Below are positions 24,990-38,912 of a DNA stretch of 64,000 bases, piece by piece; positions within the stretch are counted from its first letter, which is position 1; the number at the start of each line of letters is the position of its first letter. A model generated the notes under the pieces. The model had not been told where the DNA came from. It searched no databases and saw only the letters and a program-made list of their open reading frames with translations. Position numbers and translations under genes: made by a program. This DNA is from Octopus vulgaris. Its lineage: Eukaryota. Where the stretch lies: positions 59,520,001-59,584,000 of the forward strand of contig OX597830.1 in the NCBI GenBank assembly GCA_951406725.2, in the 5' to 3' direction.

Positions 24990-25349
24990 ATCAAAGAGGA
25001 AAGCAAAAAAAATAGACATATAACAAACCTCTCATGTACAAAGTAGCCCAAATATGGAAAATGAAGAAGGTGAAGGCAGAGCCAATTATTGTCGGTTCTT
25101 TGAAAACAGAATCAGAAGACATCAAGAGGAACATAAAAGAAATCTGAATAGAGTGCTCAGTAGAGCTGTTGTAAAAGGTTTGCCTTTTTGGCACAATCAG
25201 AATAATCAAGACAGTATTAGATAGTTAAAAAGAACAGAGAGCATGGTACCATAGGTTGCAAGTAGAAAGCCTACTGTGCATGCAAGACTCCAGGGGTTCC
25301 AACAAAACCTAATTTAAAAGGAATAATAATAATAATAATAATGATGATG

Positions 25350-25395
<46 letters not shown>

Positions 25396-25400
25396 TAATG
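24990..25400 (+). mobile_element. R4/Dong-like (RLE) non-LTR retrotransposon 3' fragment with (TAA)n tail
   Basis: Decayed KKID.YKPL..KVAQIWKMKKVKAEPIIVGSL...KVCLFGTIRIIKTVL, matching the RLE C-terminus. Confidence 0.6.
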
Positions 25401-25572
25401 CTTTCTAACTTTGGCACAAAACTAGCCAAGTACATATTTTATCAACTGTAAAAAGATGAAAGGCAATGTTAATCTCAACAGAATTTGAGACACAGAACAT
25501 AAAATCATGAAAAAATAAATGTTGCCAAATAAATGTTGTCAGGCATATTAATGACTGTGTTGGGTTGCCACC

Positions 25573-25603
<31 letters not shown>

Positions 25604-26147
25604 TGATGGCCTTTAAATAAATAATTGGCAAATATATACTAAATATCAATAATATTTTACAAAGCTGAAATGAAAAGCCAAAGAAGTACACTGATATAGC
25701 TTTCTAATTAAAGACTTTATAAGGACAAAATGGAATAAGCAGGACAAGAGGAGACACACGAGACAGAGGGTCACTGATGAGGTCACAGAAGGTGTGATGG
25801 AAGGATTTAGCAGACAAATAAAGTAAAAACAATACAAATAGTACAACTAAAGTGAAGATCAAATAAATAGTGTGGTTAATTGGCAAAGAAAAAAAGAAAA
25901 GGAAAAATGACCATCCCCAAGTATAGCAATACATTACAAGAAATATTTCCACATTTCCATTTATAAGTTGTACAACTGGGATGACAGAGAATGTGTTTCA
26001 TAAAGACAATGAGAAATTGATTAAAAGAATAGATATATTGGTATGTTCCAGAAAATGACAATATTAGGTTCTGATTATGGTGCTAGAACATTCTTGCAAG
26101 GAATTTGTTAAACTTGATTATGTATATATTTTCAAAGATGCAGTGAT

Positions 26148-26362
26148 AGGGGTGGTGGTAGCGGTGATGGTGGTGGTGGTGGTGGTGGTGGTGATGGTGA
26201 TGATGATGATGATGGTGGTGGTGGTGGCGGTAGTGGTGGTGGTGGTGGTGGTGGTGGTGGTGGTGGTGGTGGTGATGATGTTGATGATGATAATGATGAT
26301 GAGGAGGAGGAGGAGGAGGAAGAAGAGGAGGAGGACGACGACGACGACGATGACGACGACAG
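26148..26362. repeat. Compound (GGT/GAT/GAG/GAC)n microsatellite
   Basis: Directly visible. Source of the poly-V, poly-H and poly-P pseudo-ORFs. Confidence 0.95.
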
Positions 26363-26927
26363 AATGCACATATTTCCCACCACCCAATCACCATGACTCT
26401 AAAAAAAAATAAACGATTATTCAATGAAAACATAATTAGAAGGAAGAATGAATAGATGCTTGAGGAATGATTTTAAAGAAAAAAGAAAACCATGCAGGTA
26501 AATATTTAACCAAAATCCCCAAACTTACAAGCATGCACAATAGCACCAATATGCAATGGATGAAGAAATATAACTGCAAAATAAGAAGCTCTAAACTCTT
26601 CTTTAAAGAAGCAAGAACATTATCTCAGCTGTACAAGAAATGGTCAGCACCGTAATAAGTTAAACACAATAAATGGCAGCAGCCAATATTACGTATTACA
26701 ACTTGACATTTCAGGAAGAGAAAGTGACAAGAGACTACTGGGATTCAAAGAATAGTTTTAAAAATGCAATTATTAATTCTGCACACTATCAAACTAAGTG
26801 AAAGACTTCAGTGGAATATGTTGGTGGAATATGGTAATAATATTCTCACTAAATGTTGTGCTGAATTTTTAACATCAAAAATCTTAGGCTAAAACATTGG
26901 CCAAAATAATATGAAAATAGTAAATCT

Positions 26928-26928
26928 G

Positions 26929-27002
<74 letters not shown>

Positions 27003-27604
27003 CATTATTATCCTTATTATTATTATTATTATTGAGAGAGAGAGCAGTTCATGCCATCAAAGTGACATTGGGGTAAAATATACAAAGCCCAGTATACCCA
27101 TCATGACTACCTGTCTGATAAGGGTACACTAGGCACATGCATCACAACCATATGTGCACGACATGGTGATCTTGTATCAAGATAAACAGTGCATGACCTT
27201 GCAGGTGGGGCCCAGTTAGAATTTTCTTCTGGTCAAGTAGCCCATCCCACTCAAAAGGTCCCTGAATAAGGATTGTTTAAGGATGTTGAACGAACCACCC
27301 ATGTTTCCAAAGGTGAATTGTCCAAACCCCAAAGAATTCCTTTCAACCCACGGCTATGATGCTCCCCCACTACTTCTGCTCATGATCAGAGATGCACATA
27401 TCGTCAGCCACTAAGGGACATGCTCAACTGGTTAAGGTCAAACAACTGACAAGTAAATCTGTGGTATTGAGCAGAATATTTATTGTAGCCCATCTTTTAT
27501 ACCAAGACAAAACAATGTACATGATAACACTTGCAATCAGTTAAGATGAGAAGCCACGAGAGCCACTGCCTGGTACTGCATCAGGGCATTTATTATTGTT
27601 ATTA

Positions 27605-27652
<48 letters not shown>
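26928..27652 (-). mobile_element. Dispersed ~560-bp repeat flanked by (ATT)n, probably a non-LTR 3' UTR (partial copies at ~16454-16610, 24720-24990, 36480-36620)
   Basis: Shared blocks GCTATGATGCTCCCCC...GCCACTAAGGGACATGCTC and GACATTGGGGTAAAATATACAAAGCCC recur in both orientations. Confidence 0.7.
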
Positions 27653-27654
<2 letters not shown>

Positions 27655-28099
27655 GTGAACAACTGTGAAAATATGCTTCCACACTTCCATGATCCAAATA
27701 TCACAGTTATAAATAAATAAATAGAACTACTTCTTGCTGAAAGGGAAGAGTGGAGTAGCAGAATCAATAAATTGTGTCATACAAGAGCAGATTAGCACCA
27801 TCGGATACTGAAAGAGTCACTTGAATTGCAGGAAATAGCTGTTAAATCACCCCCAAATTATACCCTATCATCTTAAAAATTCAAAAGATAGCTTGGATTA
27901 TGTAGTCCTAAAGAGATTAGGTTTGAATATGATTAGATCTGGAATATTTAAGATCATAGATCTGATTGATTAAAGACTGATCTCTACAGATTGTAATACA
28001 TGTGATAATTGCCACTCACGTTAAACAATTTGTCACAATCTCTCACAATGTCTAACATCAGCCACTATTTAAATTACAGGTGGATTATGGTAATATCTT

Positions 28100-28290
28100 C
28101 ACTAAATATTGCAGAGAGTGGTTGATACTTTGACAGTTTGCTTTTCTTAGCCTGACAAGCAGTGGAACCTGAGTTGGTGGCTGAAAACACCAAGTTGCCA
28201 CTGGAGGTGTCGTAGCATGTGGCATCCCAGATGAGGAGTCTACCACCAAGAACAGGAAAATTGTCATAGAAGCTAGAATATCCCTCTGAC
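28100..28290 (-). mobile_element. CRE-clade (RLE) non-LTR fragment
   Basis: GRLLIWDATCYDT...GSTACQAKKSKLSKYQPL matches 'GxxLxWDxTCxDT...AAxxAExxKxxKY'. Confidence 0.65.
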
Positions 28291-28356
28291 AAGGTTATAG
28301 AATTAATATCACTAAAAAAAAGTAGAAATCCATCTTTATCTGTAACTGCCACAACA

Positions 28357-28850
28357 AGATTGATTGATTGATTGATTGATTCTAGTTTCAGCTCACGAGC
28401 TGTGGCCATGCTGGGGCACCGCCATTTGGTGTTGCTACATGGTTTTACTTCACGAATGCTTTTTAGCAACTGCCATTTGGTGCATGAGAGAGTTTGATGC
28501 AGTTGCCCTCATCTGCACCTCCTGCCGTGAAGTTGGTTCATCTGGGATACCTGACAGAAGAGAGATCCAGTTTCATTTTAAAGACATCTGCATCCACCCC
28601 ATGCAGGTCTCTTAGGTTCTTCTGGAGGATATTGAAGAGCTGTGGGCCTCGGAAGCCCAGGCTATCACAGTATCTTGTCCTACATCTTGATGGCAAATTT
28701 GGAGTCCTTGGCACCACACAGTGGCGCCCAGTTCTGGCATTTGTGTAACTCTCGATGCCAAAGTTTGGGACAAGTCCTTCCAGGATCTTCCAGATGTATA
28801 TTATGGCATATCTTTCTCACCTACGCTCCAAGGAATAGAGTTTTAATCTC
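28357..28850 (-). mobile_element. CR1-type LINE 3' fragment with (AATC)n tail
   Basis: Minus strand encodes ERYAIIYIWKILEGLVPNFGI...FRGPQLFNIL...FKMKLD...IPDEP. Confidence 0.8.
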
Positions 28851-29119
28851 TTGAGTCTTATATTTATTTACATATATCAAAAAAATAAAAATAAATATTT
28901 AATTACATATATCAGTGAAGGCATATGGCTCAGTGGTAAGAGCACCAAGCCCACAATCATGAGGTAGTGAGTTTGATTCCTGAACTGGGCTGTGTTGTGT
29001 TCCTGAACAAGACATTTTATTTCACATTGCTCAAGTTCACTCAGCTGCAGAAATGAGTTGCCAAGTCACTGGTGCCAAGCTGTATCGGCCTTCGCCCATC
29101 CCTTGGATAACATTGGTAG

Positions 29120-29275
29120 CATGGTGATGGTGGTGATGGTGGTGATGGTGATGGTGATGATGATGATGATGGTGGTGGTGGTGATGGTGGTGGTGGTGGT
29201 GGTGGTGATGGTGGTGATGGTGATGGTGATGGTGGTGGTGGTGGTGGTGGTGGTGGTGGTGGTGGTGGTGATGAT
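29120..29275. repeat. (GGT/GAT)n microsatellite
   Basis: Directly visible, 40 bp into the intron after the exon ending at 29316. Confidence 0.95.
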
Positions 29276-29315
29276 TTTCTAACAGTTGCTGCAAAAATAT
29301 GATATCTTCATTTAC

Positions 29316-29441
29316 CTTAGTTTCTGAAATCCAAGAAATTAGAGTTGACTCCAAGAGATATTTCATTGCTGAATATCTTTGTGAGTTTATAACTGCAGGA
29401 TCCAAGAGCTCTGTTAATGGCTGAACCAACACTATTTCTCC
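29316..29441 (-). CDS. Dynein heavy chain-like exon (GEIVLVQPLTELL...YLLESTLISWISETK)
   Basis: Acceptor ctctaatttcAG, donor AAG|GTAAAT, 126 nt, phase 0/0. Matches 'G.T.LP.P...LES.VI.W..QI'. Confidence 0.9.
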
Positions 29442-29667
29442 CTGAAATTAGAGATATCAATCAAAATAATCACCTCAGTTTTCATTAATATATTCTCTAA
29501 TCAACGTGTACATCTAATCAATACACAAACATGTATATATATTCTTTTATTCTCTAACTGGTTTCAGTCATATCAACCTAAATGCTTATTATAAATTGGT
29601 ACAACTTTAAAAGTCTTTATTTGTCAATATATGCGTGTGTGTATGTGTGTGTGTGTGTGTGTGTATG

Positions 29668-29991
29668 CAGCACTGGGTTAACCATTAAGCAAAATAAACA
29701 TGTGCTTAGAGCATCAAGGGAAGGAGGGGAGCACCACAGAAATGGTAAATGTTTTACAGCATAAAATTCCCTGAAACTTGCTAAAATAATAATATTCGAT
29801 GTGGTTTTATATGATCAGAAATCTAATTTCAAAGTGTTCATAGTGTCAAACTAAAACATTATTTTTCATATTTCTGTTGTTTTTTTTGTTTCATTTTGAA
29901 AAATTCTTTGTTTAAATTTTGAATTACATAAGGGAGTAGCAAAATCTTTTTTAAGTGCTTAGGACCTCAATGGCTCTTAATCCAGCCCTCT
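29668..29991. mobile_element. hAT-like MITE
   Basis: Decayed termini CAGCACTGGGTTAA... / ...TTAATCCAGCCCT(G). Confidence 0.4.
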
Positions 29992-32531
29992 GTGTATGTA
30001 TGGCCTTTGGTCTTACAAACTTCAGTTGATGAATGAAGGATTACGACAGTGCTTTCATCTGTAATATTACAAATCCTGAGACAATTATAGAATATATTAG
30101 TTCCAAAATAGAGAATATGCAGGTATAATGAAAATACCTCACAGAGTGACAATCATGCTCTGCATAGTCATGGGCTGCCCTTTGGCAAGGCATAGGCACC
30201 TGTTCAGCTACCCTACAGGTGATGTCATGGGACTACAGCATGGTGAATTGTGAATAGGTAGCAGAAGAGCTCAACTGAGCCAACATTGCTTCTTACATTG
30301 GTGTTGAGCTGAGGAATCCTAGAAAATCAGTGGTCAAGATTATCAAGCTCCATCAAGAAAGTGACTGCAACTCATCCATAGGGATGGCATCCATGGGTGG
30401 GTTGATGGCATCCACGGGTGGGGGGCATCCATGGTTGTGTTATCAGCTAATGAAAGAGTCGCTATCACTCAAGCTCCCAATTCAAATTCATAATAATGGA
30501 ACTGGATGGCAACAGGGAGTCGTGGGAAAGCACAAAAGCAGCAAAAAAGTTCCAAACCTAAGTAAATCACAAATACTGATTCTCCTTAAAAATATGTGAT
30601 GTTACGTTCTTCGTCAGTTATAAAAAAAAAATTGGATTTCTTTTAAACATAGCTACTTCACATCAGATATAAAAGAGAAGTGAAATATAACTTTTTAATA
30701 ACTTTTTAGAGGAAGGATACCACTCATGCCTTTTTGAATGTTTGCAGTGCCTCAGAGATTGGTGAGAAGTCTCCTCTGATTGGAAACCTTGACCGAATGA
30801 TTGCAATAAAGAGTACCCAGTTAAGGGCACTCTAGGACAGGGCAGTGGTGTTAAGCATTTTCTTACCATATTTCTGTTGATATACTCTACCTTTATTTCA
30901 ACTGTTTTGAAAAATATGAAGAATTCATGAAAATGACTTTGCCAAAATTAAGTTGGTGCTTGGAACATAAATTGGCAAGGAATTTTGGTAAAAGGTTTTA
31001 ACTTAGATCCACTTTCAATTAGAAAATTTGTATCATAGAAGCAAGGGCAATATCAGGTGGTTTGATACCAAAAAGGTTAAACTGAGAGGTGGATTAAGTC
31101 AACCACCCAAGATCAAGAATAATCTGCCTCCCAGAAGGATTCCACAGTTTCTGTCACCAGGATTTGGTCAACAGACTTGTGGAAGACAATGCTTGCCCAA
31201 GCTTGCATGCAATGGAATTGATAACAAAATCATTTAGTTATGAAACTAACTTCATAACTACACAGCTATGTCTGATCATAATTGTCTCAAGTGCATCCGT
31301 TGACAGTGAAGTGAAATAACTGCATCTACATGTGCAGGTCACCAGAAAATAGGACATTTGAGAAGAATGAAAAATTTGAAAATTAATTCCCAGAAAAGAA
31401 ACGATTTTGTTTTCAAATAAAGGATAAACCAGCTTTGCAGGTTTATGAGTCTCAAGTTTTATCAAACCCTTTATCATTGATTTTATCACAGCGACAGAAC
31501 TGAATTACTTTCCTCTATATATGGACAATGTAAGAGACATTATCATGTCTGAGACCAAATACTATAATGTATTGGGCCACATACCTTTACATTCAGAGTT
31601 CAATTCCTTCTCAAGTTGACCATGTCAATAAAATAAATCATAAAGTACTGCCCTTGAACACAGGTACTCCATGAGGGTCATATTCCAATGATTGAACCAG
31701 AAATACAATGAAAGAATACTAAAATATATTTTAGTCTTCATTTTTAACAAAAGTCACCTGTACTTGTGCAGAAACATATTTATCAACTCTTTTAGTTTTC
31801 AAAATTATACTATGACAAATATTTTTCTGGATAACAACTTTTCTCCAAAAGTCTTTCTCAACTAAATTGTTTGATTCCAATATTTTACAATAATCCAATA
31901 AACTCTATGTTTCGTTACAAGAATTCCATCATAGCCATTAATTTTAACTTAGTTTGAACCAGTAACTCTAAAGTACATCTATTTTTTTAACCTGAGTTTC
32001 ACAAGTCTGATTACTAAATGTATCCTGTCATCACCCTCTGATATATTTGGTTGTTAAAATAATTATTTTGTCACAATATGTTTGGTAAGATAGAATGAAA
32101 TGTGTTTTAGTTTTCTTCTGGAGGCTGAATTCTTTTAGAGGAAGTTAGATGAGAATTTTGTCAGTCAATCTTTCCCAAGTATACTGAAAATGGCTTAACC
32201 TGTTCACATTCCAGTCCAAATATTCTACTTCTTTTATGGTCAAAATGCCTAGAACTAGCTTTTTGCACCTACCCGACAATGTCATTCTAATAATAAACAG
32301 TCACATCATTAAAATCTTGTAGCTATGAGATAATGCACAATTAATTTAAAAAATGTAAATAAATGTAAATAGGTGCAGGCATGGTCGTGCGGTAAGAAGT
32401 TTGCTTCCCAACCACATGGTTCCAGGTTCAGTCCCACTGTCTGGCACCTTGGGCAAGTGTCTTCTACTATAGCCCCAAGCTGACCAAAGCCTGATGAGTA
32501 GATTTGGTCGATGGAAACTGAAAGAAGCCCA

Positions 32532-32562
<31 letters not shown>

Positions 32563-33207
32563 GTGCCCCTACTACTGCTTGACAACTTGACAACTAGTGT
32601 TGGTGTGTTTGCATCCCTGTAACTTAGCAGTTCAGCAAAAGAGACCAATAGAATAAGTAACAAGCTTAAAAAAAAAAAGTCCTGGGGTCAATTTGTTTGA
32701 CTAAAATCTTTCATGGCAGTGCCCCAGCATGGCGACAGTGAAATGACGGAAGCAAGTAAAAGAAAGTAAAAGAAATAAGCATTACATCTGACAGAATAAT
32801 CCGAATGCTAAAAGGTTAAAAGGATTCAAAACAACAATTGTTTCTAGAATCAGAGTTAAATAATAATTGCAATAACTGAAATCTGGATACAGTGCCAACA
32901 CAACAAAACTTCCTTCCTCTTGTACTAGCCATTTTTAAATTGGCCTCCATGCCGGTAGCACGTAAAAAGCACCATCCGAGCGTGGCCGTTGCCAGCCTCG
33001 CCTGGCCTCCATGCCGGTGGCACGTAAAAAGCACCCACTACACTCGCGTAGTGTTTGGCGTTAGGAAGGGCATCCAGCTGTAGAAACACTGCCAGATCAG
33101 ACTGGGCCTGGTGCAGCCTCCTGGCTTCCCAGACCCCAGTGGAACCGTCCAATCCATGCTAGCATGGAAAGCAGACGTTTAACGATGATGATGATGATGA
33201 TGATTAC

Positions 33208-33401
33208 CTTAGTCATTTTGTCTGCAACTTCAACAGAATAGAATAAACTGTGCAGAACATTGAGTATTTTGTTGCTTTCTTGGTTTGTTGTCTTTGAAAG
33301 AACTATATTACTGCAGATGAACGGTAGAAATATTTCTTTGATTTCCAAACATAGGTGCTCCATTGGAAGAGGAAGACAATCAAAATACAGGATTTCATCA
33401 T
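33208..33401 (-). CDS. Dynein heavy chain-like exon (DEILYFDCLPLPMEHLCLEIKEIFLPFI...VADKMTK)
   Basis: Acceptor tttttcacAG, donor AAG|GTAATC, 194 nt, phase 1/0. Matches the outer-arm-type 'Y.D....PLE.L..L..EVF.P' block. Confidence 0.9.
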
Positions 33402-35371
33402 CTGTGAAAAATATATATATTGTTTTAAAATATGTAAGAAATATGTTATTAAGGACAGAAAGAATATTAGTTCAAAATAATAATTGGTAAATCATACTTA
33501 AAGCAGATACATCATTGAGACTCTTTTAAACTGTGCTATTTTTCTCAAGTAAGCATCTCCTCTAGACATATTGTATTAAAAGCACAAAAAACACTGCTGG
33601 ACAATTTTTGCTACTGGTACATTCCTGTTTTTTTTAATACTATATGTCTATAAGAGATGCTTTTTCAAGATGAATACTGCATTTTATATACTCTCCAGCC
33701 ATGTCTACTTTAACTCTTTAGCATTTAAACTGGTCATATTCAACCCCTAATGTTCAAACTAGCCAGATCCAGCCTCCTACACCCACCTAACAATGTCATT
33801 TTAAAAATAAACAATCACATCATCGAAATCTCAAAGATGTGAATTAATGCAGGATTAATTGAAACAATGTGAATAAATAAACATTACATTCAAGAGAGAA
33901 AGAATTAACCAGGATACAAAGATGACTCTGTAAGGAATGTTTCATTGGGGCTGGAGTTTCTGTATTTTAATAGATGTATGGTATACTGCTAAACAAATTT
34001 GGTTTGTTATTCAATTAAAATGTTATCAGAATGTACAAAACTAAATGTAATATTGAGATTATCATCATTATCATCGTTTAACGGCCGCTTTCCATGCTAG
34101 CATGGGTTGGACGGTTCGACTGGGGTCTGGGAAGCCAGGAGGCTGCACCAGGCCCAGTCTGATCTGGCAGTGTTTCTACAGCTGGATCCCCTTCCTAATG
34201 CCAACCACTCAGAGATATGAAATAAAAGTACATTTCACAACAAAGAATACTAGTTCAATTACAAGAATACAAATTTAATTATTGAATTTAATTGAGATCT
34301 TATAACAGCAGCTCTTAATATTTTTGATTTTGTGGGAGGTAAAGTGTTGTTGTAGTTTACACAGCTAGTTAAACAAAGATAATTATTTTAAATTTCAAAA
34401 TTTAGAAGAAATCTATTTTCTATTTATATCAGTCACTGAACCGCAACCATGATGGTGCATCATCTTGAAGCATTTCAGTGGAATAAATCAATCCTGCTAC
34501 CTTTTTTTCCTAAGTTTCATACACATTCTGTCAGTCTCTATTGTTAAACTGTTACGTTGTGGGTATGAAAGTAAACCAATACCTGTTGTCAAGCAGCAGA
34601 GGAAGAACACATACACAAACACACACATATACACACATATATATGTACACAGATACATACACATATATAGATTCAGCTGTTTTCCACACAGTTTCTATCA
34701 ATCAAATTCACTCCAATGGCATTGATTGGTTGAAGGTTGCAAGGAGACACAGTGGGATTGAACCAAAAATCACATGGTTGCAAAGTGAACTTAACCACAC
34801 AGCTATGCAGGCCCCTTATTGATAGAAATTGATTGGCAGGGGTGGTATTTGAACCCATGTTTCAGTCTGTAACTGTGGTCAGGCACCAACATTTGTAGAC
34901 ATATAACAAAATAACAAATAATATTTTTCAAGATTCTCAAGCATTATAAATTTACTAAAGCCTTAAATTATATAATTTTTTTTTACATTCTGAGTTCAAA
35001 TCTTGTCAAGGTCACCTTTGCCTCTCATCCTTCTAGGGTCAATAAAATAAAGCACCAATCAAGTACTAGAGTTGGTTTAATCAACTACCCACTCCCCATA
35101 AATATGCGTCCTTGTACCTATGTAAGAAATCCTAATCATAAATTATTATCATTATGAAATATGTTTAGAAATAACTCCCAAAGTATTATCTGATATTGTT
35201 GTATTTTGGGATGGCCATTTATTTATTTATTTTGCCAAATAAACACACACACTGTATATTCGTTCTTCACTCATTTATTACTGTTCTTATTCTTACTCAG
35301 GTTCATTTATGTTTTGGTTTATGTCTATCACTGTTTGAGTTGCATAACAGCAGTTTTATCTCTAATTTATA

Positions 35372-35595
<224 letters not shown>

Positions 35596-37644
35596 GACAG
35601 GTTTCTTTCAGTTTCCATCTACCAAATCCACTCACATGGCTTTGGTTGACCTGAGGCTATAGTAGAAGTCATTTGCTCAAGGTACCATGCAGTGGGAGGG
35701 AACCTAGAACCATATGGCAGGAAAGCCTGTGCCTATGACAGTGCATGATTAATTTAAAACAATATGTTGAAATAAGCATCAGATTTCACAGAATAATCTG
35801 AATGCTAAAGGATTAAAGGGGATTCATGATTAACAACTAAATGATCCTAATTTCAGTTCGTATTAGAATATCTCGCTTACCTAATCCCAATATTCCTTTG
35901 ATCAAGTTTATGATTATGCCTGAGCTCAAAGTTAATCAAAATTAAGATAAGCCATTTACTGACAAGGATTAACAGGATTAGAGTTATGCTACTTTACATT
36001 ATGATGCAAGTTTGCATATTCAATTTCATATGCACAATATGAAGTATTGCACATGTTGTGTGGTGCAATGCATAATTAGCAGAGGAAAACATTTATTCTT
36101 TCCGTGCAGTAGCAGTGATGGAGTTTCAGGATGATACACAAAATACATTGTAGCATATAATTATGCTTCTTTATAATCTGAAAGCAAATTCTCTGATGGT
36201 CAACATGATTTTTCATCAACTCTTTTGGGTTGATAAATGAGTAGAAAGTTTATATATGAGTATGGTGTTAATAACACTGTGTAGTAAAGTTTTTATGTTT
36301 TTTTTTTTCTTGTCTTTGGTCAGTAAGTGTTATTTCCTATTTGTTTCTATCCAGAAATCAAAGGAAATGACTTTTATTCCTTTGAAATTTTGCTTTTGTT
36401 ACCTGAACATAACTGTTTTGAAACTTACCTGTCTTCAATTACGTTTCAGACTGATTCAGCTCTGAGTTGCTAAAGAAGAAACACCATTATAGCAAATATT
36501 CTGCTTAATATTTTGCTTGTCAGTTGCTTGACCGTAACCCCTTAGTGGCTGACAATACATGCATCTCTGATCATGAGCAGGAGTGGTGGGGGAGCATCAT
36601 GAGAGGATGATCCCCTGGAGTTTGAATAAATATGACAAAAGCAAAACTTGAAAGAAATATTAACAATTCTTCATGCTTTCTTAGGTTAAGCAAATAGGAA
36701 ATAACTGTTGTTACCCAAGGACAAAAATCATGTTACACAGTGTAATGACTAAGGGCTGATGAATGTGAATGGGGTTGATTAATGAGTAAAGACTGAAGAG
36801 GATATGCTAATAAAAGAGGAGAGATTTGATAAATGGGTGTTGAGATTGGTAAATGAGTACTGAGTTTATACATAGGTATGATGTTGGTAAATGAGCATGA
36901 GGTTGGTGAATGAATGTGTACAAGGTGGTGAGCTGGCAGAACCATTAGCACGCTAGGCGAAATGCGTAGCCGTATTTCATCTGCCGTTACGTTTTGAGTT
37001 CAAATTCGGCCGAGGTCGACTTTGCCTTTCATCCTTTCGGGGTCGATAAATTAAGTACCAGTTACACACTGGGGTCGATGTAATCGACTTAATCCGTTTG
37101 TCTGTCCTTGTTCGTCCCCTCTATGTTTATCCCCTTGTGGGTAATAAAGAAACAGAATGAATGTGTACAGATATAGTAAATGAATGTAGGGTTGATAAAT
37201 GAATGTGAGCGTGATGAATGAATATAAGAATGATGAGTGGTGAGGTGAGAAATGAGTGAGAGGTTTAGATATGAGTATTGGCTGGATAAATAAATCTGGG
37301 ATTGATGAGTGAGAATGAGGTTGATGGTAAAAATGCATGCCTTCCTCACTGCTGCAATCCACTCAGCTGACAAAAATGATTAATACCTGTAATTCAAAAG
37401 GCCAGCCTTGTTGCATTCTGTGTCACACTGAGTCTTCCTGAGAATTACATTAAGGCTATGCATGTCTGTGAAGTGCTCAACCACTTGTACATTAATTTCA
37501 CAAGCAGGCTGTTCCATTGATCAGACCAACTGGTACCCTCATTGTCACAGCCAATGAAATGCCAGTTTTTTAAAAATAAGGTTGATAAATGGGTACCAAG
37601 TTGATAAGTAAGGGGTTGATAAAATCAAATGCTTCCAGTATTTA

Positions 37645-38912
37645 TTGGGTCCTTCCATAAATAATGCAGTTTTTTAATACTTCTTTTATTTTTCAAAATT
37701 AAGATAAAGTTCTTTTTAATCTAATATATACCCTCCTTCATTTTCTTCAATGCTCTTCCATCTATCTGGTAGACTTGCAAGGCTCCTCTTCCAAAATTCA
37801 CTTGTCCATGATGAAAAATACTCCTCTCATGCTCTTCTGACCTTGTCTACAGAATTCATATTTTTTCCATCTAAATGATTTTGAAAACTTTTGAATAAAT
37901 GATAATCAGATGGGGCAATGTCCAGCGAATATGGTGGGTGGGGCATCGTTTCCCATTCAACCTGCTCCAGCCTTTGGAATGTCATCCTTGCTGTATGTGG
38001 CCAAACATTAACCTGATGGAAGAACACCTTTCGTCTTGAAACCAAAGATAGTCATTTTTCTTCTAGCGCTGACTTAAGCCACTTAATCTGCTCACAGTAG
38101 ATCTTCTTTGTTATTGTTTGGTTTGGCTTTAAAAGCTCAGTGGACTAAACCATTCATATTCCACCAAACAGATAACATCTTATGTGGGTGAAGACCTCCT
38201 TTAGCCTGGGGTGCCGGTGTTTCTCCTTTCCCTACCCAGTGGTTTCAGCATTTGACACTTTTATTGAGAACCCATTTCTCATCACCAGTTACTATTTGGT
38301 CCAAAAAAAGGTCCATTCGTTAGTCATGACAACAAAGAGCACACATTCACTCTCATTAAACTCAGAATTTTTGTGAGGAACCCATTGACCCAATTTGCTG
38401 ACTTTTCCAATGGCACGCAGGTGCCAATGAAGGGTTGAATGACCAAATCCAAGCTTCTCTGCTAGTTCCTCAACAGTTACGATGGGATTTTGTTCCACCA
38501 GGGTTTGCAACATGTCCTCATCAAGCTCTACAGATCTTCCAGTACAAGGTTCATCTTCTAAGCTGTAGTTTTTGACTCAGGATTTCTGGAACCACCGTTG
38601 ACACTGGCTTAAGCTTATTGTCCTGATCCCTATATACTGCATTAATATTCCTCACACTTTCCATGGCGTTGTTGCCTTTATTGAACTCATAAAGCAAAAT
38701 ATGCCGAATATGCTCCTTTGTCACTTCCATTATAACTTTGAAAAATAACTGTTAAAATTGAACTGCACTCTTCAAAACTTGTACTAAGAATAAGGACAAG
38801 TTAAAATTCCTACCTGCTTTTATAGCAAGTTGATGCAGGTAGTTTATCCCATCCCTTTCCAACTTTTAGTTCATGCAATTGAAGAAGCCACATTATTTAT
38901 GGGATGACTCAA
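37645..38912 (-). mobile_element. Full-length (~1.27 kb) degenerate mariner, cecropia/Hsmar1-like
   Basis: TA TSDs at 37643-44 and 38913-14. TIRs TTGGGTCCTTCCATAAATAATG / CATTATTTATGGGATGACTCAA. ATG at 38730 (MEVTKEHIRHILLYEF), then WVPH and HPPYSLDIAPSDYHLF. Frameshifted. Confidence 0.92.

Noticed and set aside
25783-25810. CTGATGA motif suggesting a hammerhead
   Set aside because: No stem II closing onto a GAAA box.
26077-26433. Poly-His/Pro/Val/Thr ORFs (also at ~20.8-21.1 kb and 29.0-29.3 kb)
   Set aside because: Trinucleotide microsatellites that are open in most frames.
31238-31489. 83-aa minus-strand ORF in non-repeat DNA
   Set aside because: No convincing splice sites or motif. The flanking dynein exons already join in phase without it.
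37645-38912. SETMAR-like domesticated gene
   Set aside because: Has TIRs, TA TSDs, frameshifts and stops, and no SET domain. It is an ordinary dead mariner.
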